This document shows, piece after piece, positions 47,621 through 57,368 of a stretch of DNA of 64,000 bases. The translations under genes and the position numbers were made by a program. Where the stretch lies: positions 208,355 through 272,354 of the forward strand of contig JAQTUX010000002.1 in the NCBI GenBank assembly GCA_028707125.1, written 5' to 3'. Position 1 is the first letter of the stretch. Each line of letters opens with the position of its first letter. Below the pieces are notes generated by a model. That model was given only the letters and a program-made list of their open reading frames with translations, made no database searches and had not been told where the DNA came from. The stretch is from Candidatus Omnitrophota bacterium. GTDB taxonomy: Bacteria > Omnitrophota > Gorgyraeia > Gygaellales > JAQTUX01.

Positions 47621-49129
47621 GAACAGTTCTTTGGTGGAGAAATTCGGATCGCTGGTAAGATTTACGCCCAGCCTTCTCAACCCTGCCTCGTCTCCAGGAG
47701 TAGGCATATGCGTCATATGTAATTCACAGCCCTGCAATTCTTTCAGGCGTTCCATAGCCAATCCCGCCGCGGGATTAGATGCCGCGCTTATGGTGAGGGC
47801 TATCAACGCCTCATCAAGGTCCAAACTTACCGTCTTCGCGCTCAAGATATTCTTCTTAAAATCAGTCACGGCATCTATTATATTGGGAGGCAGCAGGTGT
47901 ATCTTATCGGGTATCCCGGCCAATTTCTTTATGGAATTGAGGATCAGGCTTGAAGCCGCGTGCATAAGCGCGGAATTCTTGCCTGTGACAATAGAACCAT
48001 CGCTCATTTCTATGGCCGCGCCGCAGAAGATGCCTTCGTTGCCTTTGCCCCTGCCCCTGGCCTCTTCAGCCGCCTTGCGCGCCGGCTCAACTACCCGCCT
48101 GTCCTGCGCCTTTACATCCATGCCCTCCATAATAACCTCTACCCTCTCCACGGTCTCCTTGTCGGCAAGGCCCATGGCGTACTCGCAGGCATACCTGAAA
48201 TACCTCCTTATGACCTCTTGTTTGGCCGCTTCCTGGACCGCGCTGTCATCCACAATGCCGGATCCAGCGCAGTTGACGCCCATATCGGTGGGGGATTTAT
48301 ACATCGGCTCGGCCCCTGTTATCTTTTCCAGTATCCTCTTGAGCACAGGGAACACCTCAATGTCGCGATTGTAATTTACGGCCGTCTTATTGTATGCCTC
48401 AAGATGAAAATTATCTATCAGATTGAAATCTTTGATATCCGCCGTGGCTGCCTCATAAGCCACATTTACGGGATGCTTAAGAGGCAGGTCCCAGATGGGG
48501 AAGGTCTCAAATTTCGCGTACCCGCTTTTATAGCCCCGCTTGTAATCGTGGTATAACTGAGAAAGGCATGTAGCCAGCTTTCCGCTGCCTGGCCCCGGGC
48601 CCGTGACGATAACTAACGGATGCCTGGTTTTAATATACTCATTCGCCCCGTAACCTTCGTCGCTGACTATGGAATCTATGTCCGTGGGATAGCCCTTTGT
48701 AAAAGGATGCGTATAGACCTTTACATTGCGCCGCTCCAGTTTATTCTTGAATATCCTGGCTGCCGGCTGATTTTCAAAACGGGTTATAACTACGGCTGAA
48801 ACCTCTATTTCCCAATCTTTAAGGTCGTCGATAAGCTTCAAAGCGTCGGCATCATAGGTTATCCCGAAATCCGCCCTGACCTTCCTTCTCTCTATATCCC
48901 CGGCATAGATACACAACAGGATATCGGCCTTATTTTTTAATTCTTTCAAAAGCCGCATCTTGACATTTGGGTCAAATCCCGGCAGGACCCGCGAGGCATG
49001 GTAATCAAAAACGATCTTGCCTCCGAATTCAAGATAGAGTTTGTTGCCAAAAAGTTTTACCCTCTCCAGTATAGCCGCCGTCTGCTCTCTCAGGTACTTA
49101 TCGTTGTCAAAACCCGTCTTCTTAGGCAT
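47609..49129 (-). CDS. DUF1846 (UPF0371) family protein
   Basis: N-terminus GFDNDKYLREQ...KLYLEFGGK..D.HASRVLPGF and a length near 500 aa match UPF0371. Confidence 0.6.
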   Translation of the reverse strand: MPKKTGFDNDKYLREQTAAILERVKLFGNKLYLEFGGKIVFDYHASRVLPGFDPNVKMRLLKELKNKADILLCIYAGDIERRKVRADFGITYDADALKLIDDLKDWEIEVSAVVITRFENQPAARIFKNKLERRNVKVYTHPFTKGYPTDIDSIVSDEGYGANEYIKTRHPLVIVTGPGPGSGKLATCLSQLYHDYKRGYKSGYAKFETFPIWDLPLKHPVNVAYEAATADIKDFNLIDNFHLEAYNKTAVNYNRDIEVFPVLKRILEKITGAEPMYKSPTDMGVNCAGSGIVDDSAVQEAAKQEVIRRYFRYACEYAMGLADKETVERVEVIMEGMDVKAQDRRVVEPARKAAEEARGRGKGNEGIFCGAAIEMSDGSIVTGKNSALMHAASSLILNSIKKLAGIPDKIHLLPPNIIDAVTDFKKNILSAKTVSLDLDEALIALTISAASNPAAGLAMERLKELQGCELHMTHMPTPGDEAGLRRLGVNLTSDPNFSTKELFGVL

Positions 49130-49161
49130 ACCCCTCTCCTCGGTAGATCACGCTGCCTGTG

Positions 49162-49572
49162 TCACCATTTGTTGTAAATAGAAAACCTGCCGGCTCCGGC
49201 CATCATCAAAAATATGGAGACAGCCAGGATAAGCATCTGGTATTCAAAGCCGCCCTGCATCATAAAAAATCCCTTGCTGGCGTGGACCTTTAGAATGGCT
49301 ACGAGCATTATAACCGCGATCGCGGCCGCGCTTATCCGCGGCAGTATGCCCAGGATCAAAAAGGCGCCGCCCGCTGCTTCAGAGATACTAAGAACCCATG
49401 CCCAGAATAACGCCGGCATAAAGTTCAGCTGCCCGGTCATTGCCGCCACTGCCTCTATACCGCCTCCCCCAAAAGCGCCGAACACTTTCTGCGTTCCGTG
49501 CGCCAGAAATATCACGCCCAACACTACCCTGAGAACCAGCACAGCAGCATCAAATATCCGTCCGCTTCCCAT
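49162..49572 (-). CDS. DoxX family membrane protein
   Basis: 136 aa, four TM helices, DoxX-like pattern (LRVVLGVIFLAHGTQK). Confidence 0.7.
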   Translation of the reverse strand: MGSGRIFDAAVLVLRVVLGVIFLAHGTQKVFGAFGGGGIEAVAAMTGQLNFMPALFWAWVLSISEAAGGAFLILGILPRISAAAIAVIMLVAILKVHASKGFFMMQGGFEYQMLILAVSIFLMMAGAGRFSIYNKW

Positions 49573-49574
49573 GA

Positions 49575-50696
49575 CTACCTCCTTCTTATCAAACTACTGA
49601 CTATGCCTGATTTATTCCTTATGCCGTATGAACGATATACGCACATCAAGTAGTGCAGAGCCGTAGGGACGACACCTGAAGTATTTATACCTAAAATTTT
49701 ACCACAAGAACGGTTATTTGCCATAGGTATTATGTAGCCCGGATCCAGAGGCAGGTAACGCTTCAAGGCGAGGCCTTTCTCGCTCCTTATGATATTCTCC
49801 GCCGCCAGCGCCCCCTGCGCGACCGCGAACTGCACAGCCATCCTTAAAGGGCTCTTCCTATGATAGAAATTCGCCGCGTCCCCCACGGCAAAACATCTTT
49901 GCGCCGCCCTCAAATACCCGTCCACGTTAAGCCGGCCCTGCGGGGTTTTATCCACGCCTGAACCCGACAGGAAATCCGCGGTCTTTACGCCTGCCGCCCA
50001 AATAAGCATGGCCTTGTCAAAGGTGCCCCGGCTTGATAAAGAGACCCTGGCGCCGTTTATATTCTCTACAACGGTATTTAAAAATACCTCTATGGAAAGT
50101 TTGTTTAAATTGGCAGAAACATAGCGCTTCATCCATTCAGGAAGGGGCCCCAAAATAGAATCCGCCCTTTCAATGATCACTATTCTCCCCCGCCTCTTGT
50201 GCCTGATGAGATATCTGCGTAAATTAGCGGCTATCTCAACTCCGGTGTATCCGCCTCCCGCGATCATAAACGTCTCAAATCCTCCCCCAGCCAGCCCCTG
50301 CAGGATCTTTTCGGCGTCGCCGACATCATCCAGCTTATGCGCGTATTTCTTTACCGCTTCATTGCCGTAGAAATTGGTCTCTGATCCGGAGGAGATAAGC
50401 AGATGATCATAATTAAGATCGCCGCCGGAAGTAAAGACCATCTGTTTTCCAAGGTCAATGCCTCTTACCTCTGCGTTTATAAACCTGCACCCGCATATCC
50501 TGCTGACATCCTCAAGCCGGTTGGCTAAGAATTCAGGCCTGATCCGTTCTCCGATAATATCGGGCAGGGCAGGCAGGAAATTGAATTCTTCCTTCTTGTC
50601 TATAAGGATAATGTCCGCGTGCCCCTTGAGCTTAGAAAGCCCGCGCAACGCGCTGATGCCCGCGAACCCGCCTCCGATGATCAGTATTCTACTCAT
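49575..50696 (-). CDS. FAD-dependent pyridine-nucleotide-disulfide oxidoreductase (type II NADH dehydrogenase/SQR-like)
   Basis: Two Rossmann GxGxxG motifs (IIGGGFAG; IAGGGYTG). Confidence 0.65.
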   Translation of the reverse strand: MSRILIIGGGFAGISALRGLSKLKGHADIILIDKKEEFNFLPALPDIIGERIRPEFLANRLEDVSRICGCRFINAEVRGIDLGKQMVFTSGGDLNYDHLLISSGSETNFYGNEAVKKYAHKLDDVGDAEKILQGLAGGGFETFMIAGGGYTGVEIAANLRRYLIRHKRRGRIVIIERADSILGPLPEWMKRYVSANLNKLSIEVFLNTVVENINGARVSLSSRGTFDKAMLIWAAGVKTADFLSGSGVDKTPQGRLNVDGYLRAAQRCFAVGDAANFYHRKSPLRMAVQFAVAQGALAAENIIRSEKGLALKRYLPLDPGYIIPMANNRSCGKILGINTSGVVPTALHYLMCVYRSYGIRNKSGIVSSLIRRR

Positions 50697-51592
50697 AGTA
50701 TTAGATCCAGGATCAAAGCGATACTAAGAAACGTATGCGCCATTATAGTGATCCTGGACGATTCAACTAATTTATTCTTATCGTTATAATAACATTTCAA
50801 AATGCCGCCTGCCTTAAGAAAAACCGGTATAAAAGCAAAACTCAACAGCGCGTAGGCGCTCAGATATCCAAAGGCGATATTGACTATTATGGAAAGAAAG
50901 ACCGCGGCTATGAGCACGCGGTATAGCAGGAACGCCCTGTCCGCTCCTGTCAGCCCTACCAGCGTCCGCTTGCCTGATCTCAGATCGTCCTGGAAATCCG
51001 GAACTTCGTTAGAGAAAAGTATCATCGCGGTCAGAAAGCCGAAAGGCAAAGACAGCATGAAAGGCATTAGATCAGGGAACGCCCCTGTCTGAAGGAAATA
51101 TCCCGCCATAACAGGTGCCGGGCCAAAAAGAAGAAATACCGTAAGTTCACCCAGCCGGCGATAAGAAAGGCGCAATGGCGGGCAGGAATAGGAGAATCCC
51201 AGAAATAACACAAGCAGATAAAAGATAACCGCCAGGCCGCTGCCGAGAAGCGCGGCCAGCGTGACAATGCAGATAGAGGCCAAAGAGAAACAAATAAGCG
51301 ACAGCCGAAGGTAGAAACGCTCGGAAAAAACTCCTTCCTGTATGAGTTTTGAGCCGCCGAATAATCCGTAGGGCCTTATATCCTGCCAGTCCGTGCCTGT
51401 CTTTGAATCGGCGTAGTCATTTATAAGATTGGCGCCTAAATGAGTCGAGATTACCGCGGCCAGCCCCAGCAAGAAAGCAGTAAACCCGAAATCTGTTCTG
51501 TCTATAAGCGACCCGGCTATAAACGGAAGGATACTTGCGGTAATGAACGGCAAACGCAAAGCCCTGACGTATTTTTCAATTACCCCCATCAA
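50693..51592 (-). CDS. UbiA-family prenyltransferase (MenA-like)
   Basis: NDYADSKTGTD and EVPDFQDDLRSGKRTL Asp-rich motifs. Eight to nine TM helices. Confidence 0.7.
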   Translation of the reverse strand: MMGVIEKYVRALRLPFITASILPFIAGSLIDRTDFGFTAFLLGLAAVISTHLGANLINDYADSKTGTDWQDIRPYGLFGGSKLIQEGVFSERFYLRLSLICFSLASICIVTLAALLGSGLAVIFYLLVLFLGFSYSCPPLRLSYRRLGELTVFLLFGPAPVMAGYFLQTGAFPDLMPFMLSLPFGFLTAMILFSNEVPDFQDDLRSGKRTLVGLTGADRAFLLYRVLIAAVFLSIIVNIAFGYLSAYALLSFAFIPVFLKAGGILKCYYNDKNKLVESSRITIMAHTFLSIALILDLIL

Positions 51593-51652
51593 TCCCTCTA
51601 CTCTCTACTCGCTGCTTGCTACTCTTTACCATATATGTTATCATAACTTGCC

Positions 51653-52693
51653 ATGATTTACAGGATAAAAAACAGGATAGAAAAAGAACTGCATGTCTTT
51701 ATCGATAAAATAGACGGGCTCTATGGGTTAAGCGGGGCATCCCCACTTCTGTTCCGATCAATAAGGGGTTTCTTCTTAAGAAAAGGCAAGAGGATCCGCC
51801 CTATCCTTTTCCTCATCGGCTACCTGGGCTTCAAAGGCAGGCAGACGAAGAACCTGTATACAAGCGCGCTATCAATTGAGCTGCTGCACGACTTTCTGCT
51901 TATCCACGACGACATCATAGACAAATCCCCCCTAAGAAGAGGCCGGCCCTCGCTGCATGAGGTATTCAACGCCTACCTGAAGAAAAAGGGCAAGGCAAAA
52001 TTCAATGGAGCGGACCTGGCGATCGTGGCCGGAGATGTAATGTACGCGGCGGCGATACACGCGTTCCTCTCCATAAAAGAAGACGCGCGGCGCAAGGAAA
52101 AGGCGTTGAGGAAGTTGATCGAGGCGGCGATCCGCACAGGGGCGGGGGAATTTATTGAATTACTGGCAGGTCTTAAAGACATCAAGGAGATAAACAAAAA
52201 CGACATCTATAAAATATACGATTACAAGACCGCCTGCTATACCTTCTCTACCCCGCTGTCGGCAGGGGCGATACTCGCCGGCGCGAAAGAGCCGCGGATA
52301 AAAAAACTGTCCGACTTCGGGATATGCGTCGGCAGGGCCTTCCAGATCAACGATGACATACTGGATATGTTCGGCGAAGAAAAGCAGACGGGCAAATCAA
52401 CGCTCACCGACCTTAAGGAATCGAAGAAGACGCTGCTTATATGGTACGCCTACAACAACTCCTCCCAGAAAGACAAGGCGTTTATCAGAAAGGCGTTCTC
52501 AAAGAAAAAAACGGGCAGATCCGACCTGTTGAAGATACGCGGGATAATAGAAGAAAGCGGCGCGCTGGATTATACGCGTAAAGAGACCAGCCGTCTTATA
52601 AAGACAGCTGAAGGCCTGCTTCTGTCTTCGGGAATGCTGCCGGAATACATCCAGGCGCTGTCGGGTTACTACAAGAACCTCCTTTGCCTATGA
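51653..52693 (+). CDS. polyprenyl diphosphate synthase (trans-IPPS family)
   Basis: FARM LIHDDIIDKS and SARM FQINDDILD motifs. Confidence 0.85.
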   Translation: MIYRIKNRIEKELHVFIDKIDGLYGLSGASPLLFRSIRGFFLRKGKRIRPILFLIGYLGFKGRQTKNLYTSALSIELLHDFLLIHDDIIDKSPLRRGRPSLHEVFNAYLKKKGKAKFNGADLAIVAGDVMYAAAIHAFLSIKEDARRKEKALRKLIEAAIRTGAGEFIELLAGLKDIKEINKNDIYKIYDYKTACYTFSTPLSAGAILAGAKEPRIKKLSDFGICVGRAFQINDDILDMFGEEKQTGKSTLTDLKESKKTLLIWYAYNNSSQKDKAFIRKAFSKKKTGRSDLLKIRGIIEESGALDYTRKETSRLIKTAEGLLLSSGMLPEYIQALSGYYKNLLCL

Positions 52694-53520
52694 AGGTCAA
52701 TATCGCCAGATCCGCGGGGTTTTGTTTCGGCGTCAAGAGGGCGCTGGCTATCGCCCTGGGCATAGCCGGAAAAAAAGGCAAGGTCTATATGCTCGGCGAC
52801 ATAGTCCATAATGAGGACGTGGTCAGGGAGATAAAAAAATCTGGCATCAAAAAGATCGGCCGCCTGGGAAAAGGCGGAGGCAAGATACTTTTGATCAGCG
52901 CGCACGGCGCGCCGGTAAAGATATTCCGTAGCGCTGCCGCGGCAGGATTCAAGGTCATGGACGCCACCTGCCCCATGGTCAAAAAGATACATAAAACCGC
53001 TCTGGACATGGAGAACAGGGGCCGCAGGATCATCATTATCGGCGACAAGAAACACAGCGAGGTCATCGGCATCCTTGGGCATCTTAAGGACAGGGCTATA
53101 GTGATCGACAACCCGGATAATATACCCGCCGGCAGGATAAAAGGTGTAAACAAGGCCGCCGTTGTCGTCCAATCTACTCAGAATATAGAAAAGGCGATCA
53201 AAATATTGAAGAGGGTAAAAAAATACGTGCCTGACCTGGTATTCTGCAATACGATCTGCAGGCCTACGACCATAAAACAGGAAGAGATAAAAAAGATGCC
53301 GCTTGAAAACGACGTGATGGTTATAATCGGTTCAAAAAACAGCGCCAATACCAGAAGATTATACGAAATATCCAAATCGCTTAATAAACGCAGCTACTGG
53401 ATACGATCAAGCGGGGATTTAAAACGGGGGTGGTTTAAAGGCGCCGGAAGCGTGGGTGTCGCCGCGGGCGCTTCAACCCCTGAATCAACCATAAACGATG
53501 TGGCAGCCGCCCTTCGCTAA
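52684..53520 (+). CDS. ispH: 4-hydroxy-3-methylbut-2-enyl diphosphate reductase
   Basis: LytB signature (ARSAGFCFGVKRA). Three conserved Cys are present. 278 aa. Confidence 0.9.
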   Translation: MPMKVNIARSAGFCFGVKRALAIALGIAGKKGKVYMLGDIVHNEDVVREIKKSGIKKIGRLGKGGGKILLISAHGAPVKIFRSAAAAGFKVMDATCPMVKKIHKTALDMENRGRRIIIIGDKKHSEVIGILGHLKDRAIVIDNPDNIPAGRIKGVNKAAVVVQSTQNIEKAIKILKRVKKYVPDLVFCNTICRPTTIKQEEIKKMPLENDVMVIIGSKNSANTRRLYEISKSLNKRSYWIRSSGDLKRGWFKGAGSVGVAAGASTPESTINDVAAALR

Positions 53521-53568
53521 CTCCTTCAGCGCCTTGCCGCCCACATATTCCCTCTCTAAATAAAACCC

Positions 53569-53757
53569 CTATTTTTCTATCTTAATAGCCTCTACAGGGC
53601 ACTGATCGGCGGCCTCCCCGCAGCTTTGTTCTGCCGAAGACGGCACAGGGTCAACATAAGCAACGGCCTTATCGCCTTCCATCTTGAATACATCGGAACA
53701 TACCTGGGTGCATAAAGAACAACCGATACAGGTATCAGCGTCAACTATCGCCTTCAT
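53569..53757 (-). CDS. 4Fe-4S ferredoxin
   Basis: CIGCSLCTQVC...CPVEAI cluster-binding motifs. 62 aa. Confidence 0.75.
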   Translation of the reverse strand: MKAIVDADTCIGCSLCTQVCSDVFKMEGDKAVAYVDPVPSSAEQSCGEAADQCPVEAIKIEK

Positions 53758-53758
53758 C

Positions 53759-54298
53759 TTATATCCCTCCTTTTTCAGGTTTATCTATATCAATTTTTCC
53801 AAAAAGTATTGTCTTTAGTAACATTATGCCATTTGCCGCGAACAGCATAAACGGAGAACCGATGTAATATTTACCGTTCTTCAGCGCTATCTGTCCGGAG
53901 CTTACCAGCCGTGAAAGCCGCCTGCCTATGATCTCTTCGGCATTATAGCGGCTGATTATCTCATCCAGGGTCAGCCCGCCGGGAGCGGAATACAGCTCTC
54001 TTAATATGCGTATCCTGCGGGCGGTCTCGCCCATATTCAGAAAATGAAAATAGGTATTCCAGAAAGCCAGGTAAATGATCGCGTTTGCCGCGAGACGGCC
54101 AAAGGTATCTATCACGGCCCCGGATGAACGGCAAATATACCCTGTCTCAAACAAGAACAGGACGAATGCCCCCGTGCCAAAACCGGTAAAAACAGACCTG
54201 AGAAGCCCGTCTCCCTTTTGGCTACGGCAGGATAATACCTGAAGAAAGGCGCCGGCCGCGAAGGCGAATACCGACGCGAAAGCACGCGCGTGTTCCAA
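53759..54298 (-). CDS. hypothetical membrane protein (tandem paralog A)
   Basis: N-terminal TM region and a C-terminal soluble domain. Shares its architecture and motifs (..GKYY/NKYKL..) with the next ORF. Confidence 0.35.
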   Translation of the reverse strand: MEHARAFASVFAFAAGAFLQVLSCRSQKGDGLLRSVFTGFGTGAFVLFLFETGYICRSSGAVIDTFGRLAANAIIYLAFWNTYFHFLNMGETARRIRILRELYSAPGGLTLDEIISRYNAEEIIGRRLSRLVSSGQIALKNGKYYIGSPFMLFAANGIMLLKTILFGKIDIDKPEKGGI

Positions 54299-54303
54299 TG
54301 GCC

Positions 54304-54825
54304 TTACCCTCCCATGCCTTTTAGCCCCAGAATACCGCGAAAGAACGTGAACAGACGGGCGACAGTTAACCCCGCTGAGCTAAGCTTATATTTATTGCCT
54401 TCCAGATAAATAAGTTTGGCCCTGAGAAGGTCTTCTATCCTTGGCTTGATCAGCGTATCGTTATTAATCTTATTTTTAAATATATTGATGTCCAGCCCCT
54501 GCTGGCGAGCCGCGGCAACGCTCAATATCATAGCGATTGAAGGGCTTTCCGCTTCTATCGCCGGATAGCTTGCTATATAGGCGCAGGACAATGATATAAA
54601 CAACAGGCAGTAGCGCAGGTATTGGTAGATACCCTGAGGCACGGCTATGCCGGATAAGGCGGCACCGGGGTTGGCCTTAAATAAAAGTATGCTGAAAGCG
54701 AAAACAACGGCGAATATATACAACAGGGCCGCGGCATGATTCTTAGGCGGGCGTGCCCTCCATATAAGAATATGAAATAGGAACGCTGCGAGAAAAAACC
54801 CCAGGCCGTAAAACAATACGCTCAT
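54304..54825 (-). CDS. hypothetical membrane protein (tandem paralog B)
   Basis: Same architecture as 53759..54298. Overlaps the upstream TIM-barrel gene by 4 nt. Confidence 0.35.
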   Translation of the reverse strand: MSVLFYGLGFFLAAFLFHILIWRARPPKNHAAALLYIFAVVFAFSILLFKANPGAALSGIAVPQGIYQYLRYCLLFISLSCAYIASYPAIEAESPSIAMILSVAAARQQGLDINIFKNKINNDTLIKPRIEDLLRAKLIYLEGNKYKLSSAGLTVARLFTFFRGILGLKGMGG

Positions 54826-55490
54826 AAACCGGAGCAGAAGTCCTTCAATTTTTTAAATTCTTCATAGGTCTGAAGCGATGCCCTGGCTTCAGAGACCACC
54901 ATCCCCCGGTAGCCGGCCCTGTTCAAGAGCCCCAACAAATACCGGCTGTGTTCCGGCGACTGATGAATGTGCGTATGCCATAGCGCCGAACCGCCGACGT
55001 AACCGGTCATATGTATATGAGAGGCCTGTTTTATCACCTTGATGAACTCTTCCTCATATATGCCGGCGCACTCCATCTCCAGGTGCTCAAGGTCCAGGCA
55101 CCTGCCGCAGCCGTACCTCCTCATAAATTTAAGCGGCTCATGCACGCTGTAAGTATTCTCAATGCAAGGCCTGACCTTGACAGCCCTAAATATAGCGGCG
55201 ATGTCCTGCCATTCATCTTCCCAGTAAATATTATGAAAAACAACGATCCCGGCGCCTATCTCTTTTGCCAGGCCGGCCAATCTACGCGGATCGTATTCAT
55301 TACTGGGGGCGTGGATGGCATACCTGAAAGAAAAATCCCCGCATAATCGCGCTATTTTATTAAAACCCTTGAGTATCTCTGAAGAGAGATACAGCTCCAC
55401 GGCCTTTATGCCGGCCTTTTGTGCAGCGGAGAGTATGCGGCGTTCAGGCGCGCATTTGACCGCGATAGTTATGTTCCGGCCTTTCGGCAT
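54822..55490 (-). CDS. sugar-phosphate isomerase/epimerase (xylose-isomerase-like TIM barrel)
   Basis: 222-aa AP-endo2/xylose-isomerase-like pattern (AVELY..., IVVFH, CIEN, H..H metal ligands). Confidence 0.5.
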   Translation of the reverse strand: MPKGRNITIAVKCAPERRILSAAQKAGIKAVELYLSSEILKGFNKIARLCGDFSFRYAIHAPSNEYDPRRLAGLAKEIGAGIVVFHNIYWEDEWQDIAAIFRAVKVRPCIENTYSVHEPLKFMRRYGCGRCLDLEHLEMECAGIYEEEFIKVIKQASHIHMTGYVGGSALWHTHIHQSPEHSRYLLGLLNRAGYRGMVVSEARASLQTYEEFKKLKDFCSGL

Positions 55491-55494
55491 AATA

Positions 55495-56625
55495 TTAAAT
55501 AAAATTGATGTGCATCGGCGCCGCGCCCTTTAGCTCCTCAAGCGAGGCATTATTGTTTTTCAGATCCCATAAAAATTCATTTACCTTATGCTGAAGGCAC
55601 AGCGTCCCGCACATTGTCCGAGGGTCGAATTTTTCCGAAGCCAGCAGATCCATCACTTCCCAATAACGCTTGCCCTGCCAGATCTCCTTAAAAGACGTAT
55701 CCGCTATGTTGCCGATATGGAATCTTTTATACTTTTCGTTGAACAGCATACCGCAGGGTGCTACCAGGCCGGAGCCGGACAGCTGCACGATAAAAGGCGG
55801 CCCATAGCAGCGCCCGTAGCCGCGTTTTCCGCCGCTTAAGACCTTGGACCACTTTACCTTGACCAGATAATCCCTGTCAGAATAACCCTCCGCCTCTTTT
55901 AAGATATCTACCAGGCCAAAGTAGGCGGGATAATCAACCTTTAAATTACCATCCTCGTCATCGCTGCAGTGCTTGATGACCGCGTAATCCACCCCTGATT
56001 CCTTTCCCAGTTTCGCGAAAGGAATGATCTGTTCGGAAAACTGGGGCAATAAAACCATCTGCAACCCCAGAGTGACTTCAAGTCCGCTCTTTTTCTTGAT
56101 CTCAACGCATTTCTTTATGGTGTTATAAACCTTGTTGAAGCATTCTTCCTTGCAGCCCATTATGCGGGCGTAAGCGGAGGGGGTGGCCGCTGAGATATTG
56201 AACCGAAGATACGTCAGGCAGGGCAGTATCTCCTCCAGGCGCTCGTCCTTTAACAAAAATCCGTTCGTGCCCAGCGCCATATCCAGGCCGTTACCTTTAC
56301 CCTTTAAAATAGCGTCATATAAATGAGGAGAGCAGGTACTTTCTCCGTCACTGACAAAGCTTACCGCCTTTACCCCGATCTCGGCGGCATCATCCAGGAA
56401 ACGGAATATGACCTCGCGCGTCATCTTTTTCTCGTCATTTTCCTGCAGCCGGCCGTAACAATAGACACATCTATAAGTGCACCTTCTGGTCAAGGCGCAG
56501 TCCACCGTAATGGGCGCGATCCTTTCCCCGCGCAGCCAGCTCTCCACCCTTTCTTTATGCCAGTTAAGCTTATGGCCGTCCAGGACCAGATCATCCATTG
56601 ATCCGCCTTGCCGATAATGAGTCAT
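55495..56625 (-). CDS. radical SAM/SPASM-domain protein (paralog 2 of 3)
   Basis: CTYRCVYC cluster motif. C-terminal Cys-rich region with PCG...GNI...FKEIW...C..LC. The N-terminal about 40 aa and the C-terminal LWDL tail are shared with the other two paralogs. Confidence 0.75.
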   Translation of the reverse strand: MTHYRQGGSMDDLVLDGHKLNWHKERVESWLRGERIAPITVDCALTRRCTYRCVYCYGRLQENDEKKMTREVIFRFLDDAAEIGVKAVSFVSDGESTCSPHLYDAILKGKGNGLDMALGTNGFLLKDERLEEILPCLTYLRFNISAATPSAYARIMGCKEECFNKVYNTIKKCVEIKKKSGLEVTLGLQMVLLPQFSEQIIPFAKLGKESGVDYAVIKHCSDDEDGNLKVDYPAYFGLVDILKEAEGYSDRDYLVKVKWSKVLSGGKRGYGRCYGPPFIVQLSGSGLVAPCGMLFNEKYKRFHIGNIADTSFKEIWQGKRYWEVMDLLASEKFDPRTMCGTLCLQHKVNEFLWDLKNNNASLEELKGAAPMHINFI

Positions 56626-57364
56626 CGCTGAACCTTCGCCTGTCTAATTTTGTTTCGGAACTGAAATAAATATCCCTGACTAATCTTAGATACCCTTTTA
56701 TTACCCGGAACAGGCTGGGAAAAGAGACCGCCTTGGAAGAGCCGGAATGCCTCATCCCCAGCCGGTAAGGGACCTCGGCAAAAAGGTAGCCCTTCGTGAC
56801 CAGCCGTATCAACATATCGGTCTGGAAGAAAAACCCGCTGCTCTGGTGCTTCAAGCCGGACAATATGGATTTTCTGTATAACACCGTTCCGTTGGTATAA
56901 TTCAACGTAACCCCGAAAGTCGTATTGATAATAAATCTGTAGATAAATGACAAGGCGTTCCTCAATACGGAGCGCACCCATTTATTATAATTAAAGGGGA
57001 TCACTATATCCACATGTTCAAGAAGCATCGCGTAGCGCATGATCTCCCAGGGGTCGTTCTCATTGTCCCCCGGCAGCATGCATACCGCGTTGCCCCGCGC
57101 CTCCCTGACCCCATCCCAGAAAGAAACGCCTATGCCTTTAGGCGCGGAGTGGTTAATGATCCGGATATTTCCGGCGTGTTCGCTTATTTTGCGTTGAACG
57201 ATCTCGGGCGTCGCGTCGCTGCTGCCGTCATTAATTACCACTATCTCTCCGTCAATACCGGAGGCCTTAAAGGCAGAAAGGGTGTTGTCAAGCGCTAAAG
57301 AAATGTTTTTCTCTTCATTAAGCGCCGGCATTATGATACTTAAGAACAATTTATTACCTTCCAT
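56591..57364 (-). CDS. family 2 glycosyltransferase (polyprenyl-phosphate sugar synthase / DPM1-ArnC-like)
   Basis: LSIIMPALNEEKNI with DxD-type motifs (VINDGSSD; LPGDNE). 257-aa soluble GT-A. 35-nt overlap with the radical SAM gene. Confidence 0.8.
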   Translation of the reverse strand: MEGNKLFLSIIMPALNEEKNISLALDNTLSAFKASGIDGEIVVINDGSSDATPEIVQRKISEHAGNIRIINHSAPKGIGVSFWDGVREARGNAVCMLPGDNENDPWEIMRYAMLLEHVDIVIPFNYNKWVRSVLRNALSFIYRFIINTTFGVTLNYTNGTVLYRKSILSGLKHQSSGFFFQTDMLIRLVTKGYLFAEVPYRLGMRHSGSSKAVSFPSLFRVIKGYLRLVRDIYFSSETKLDRRRFSDDSLSARRING

Positions 57365-57368
57365 AATA

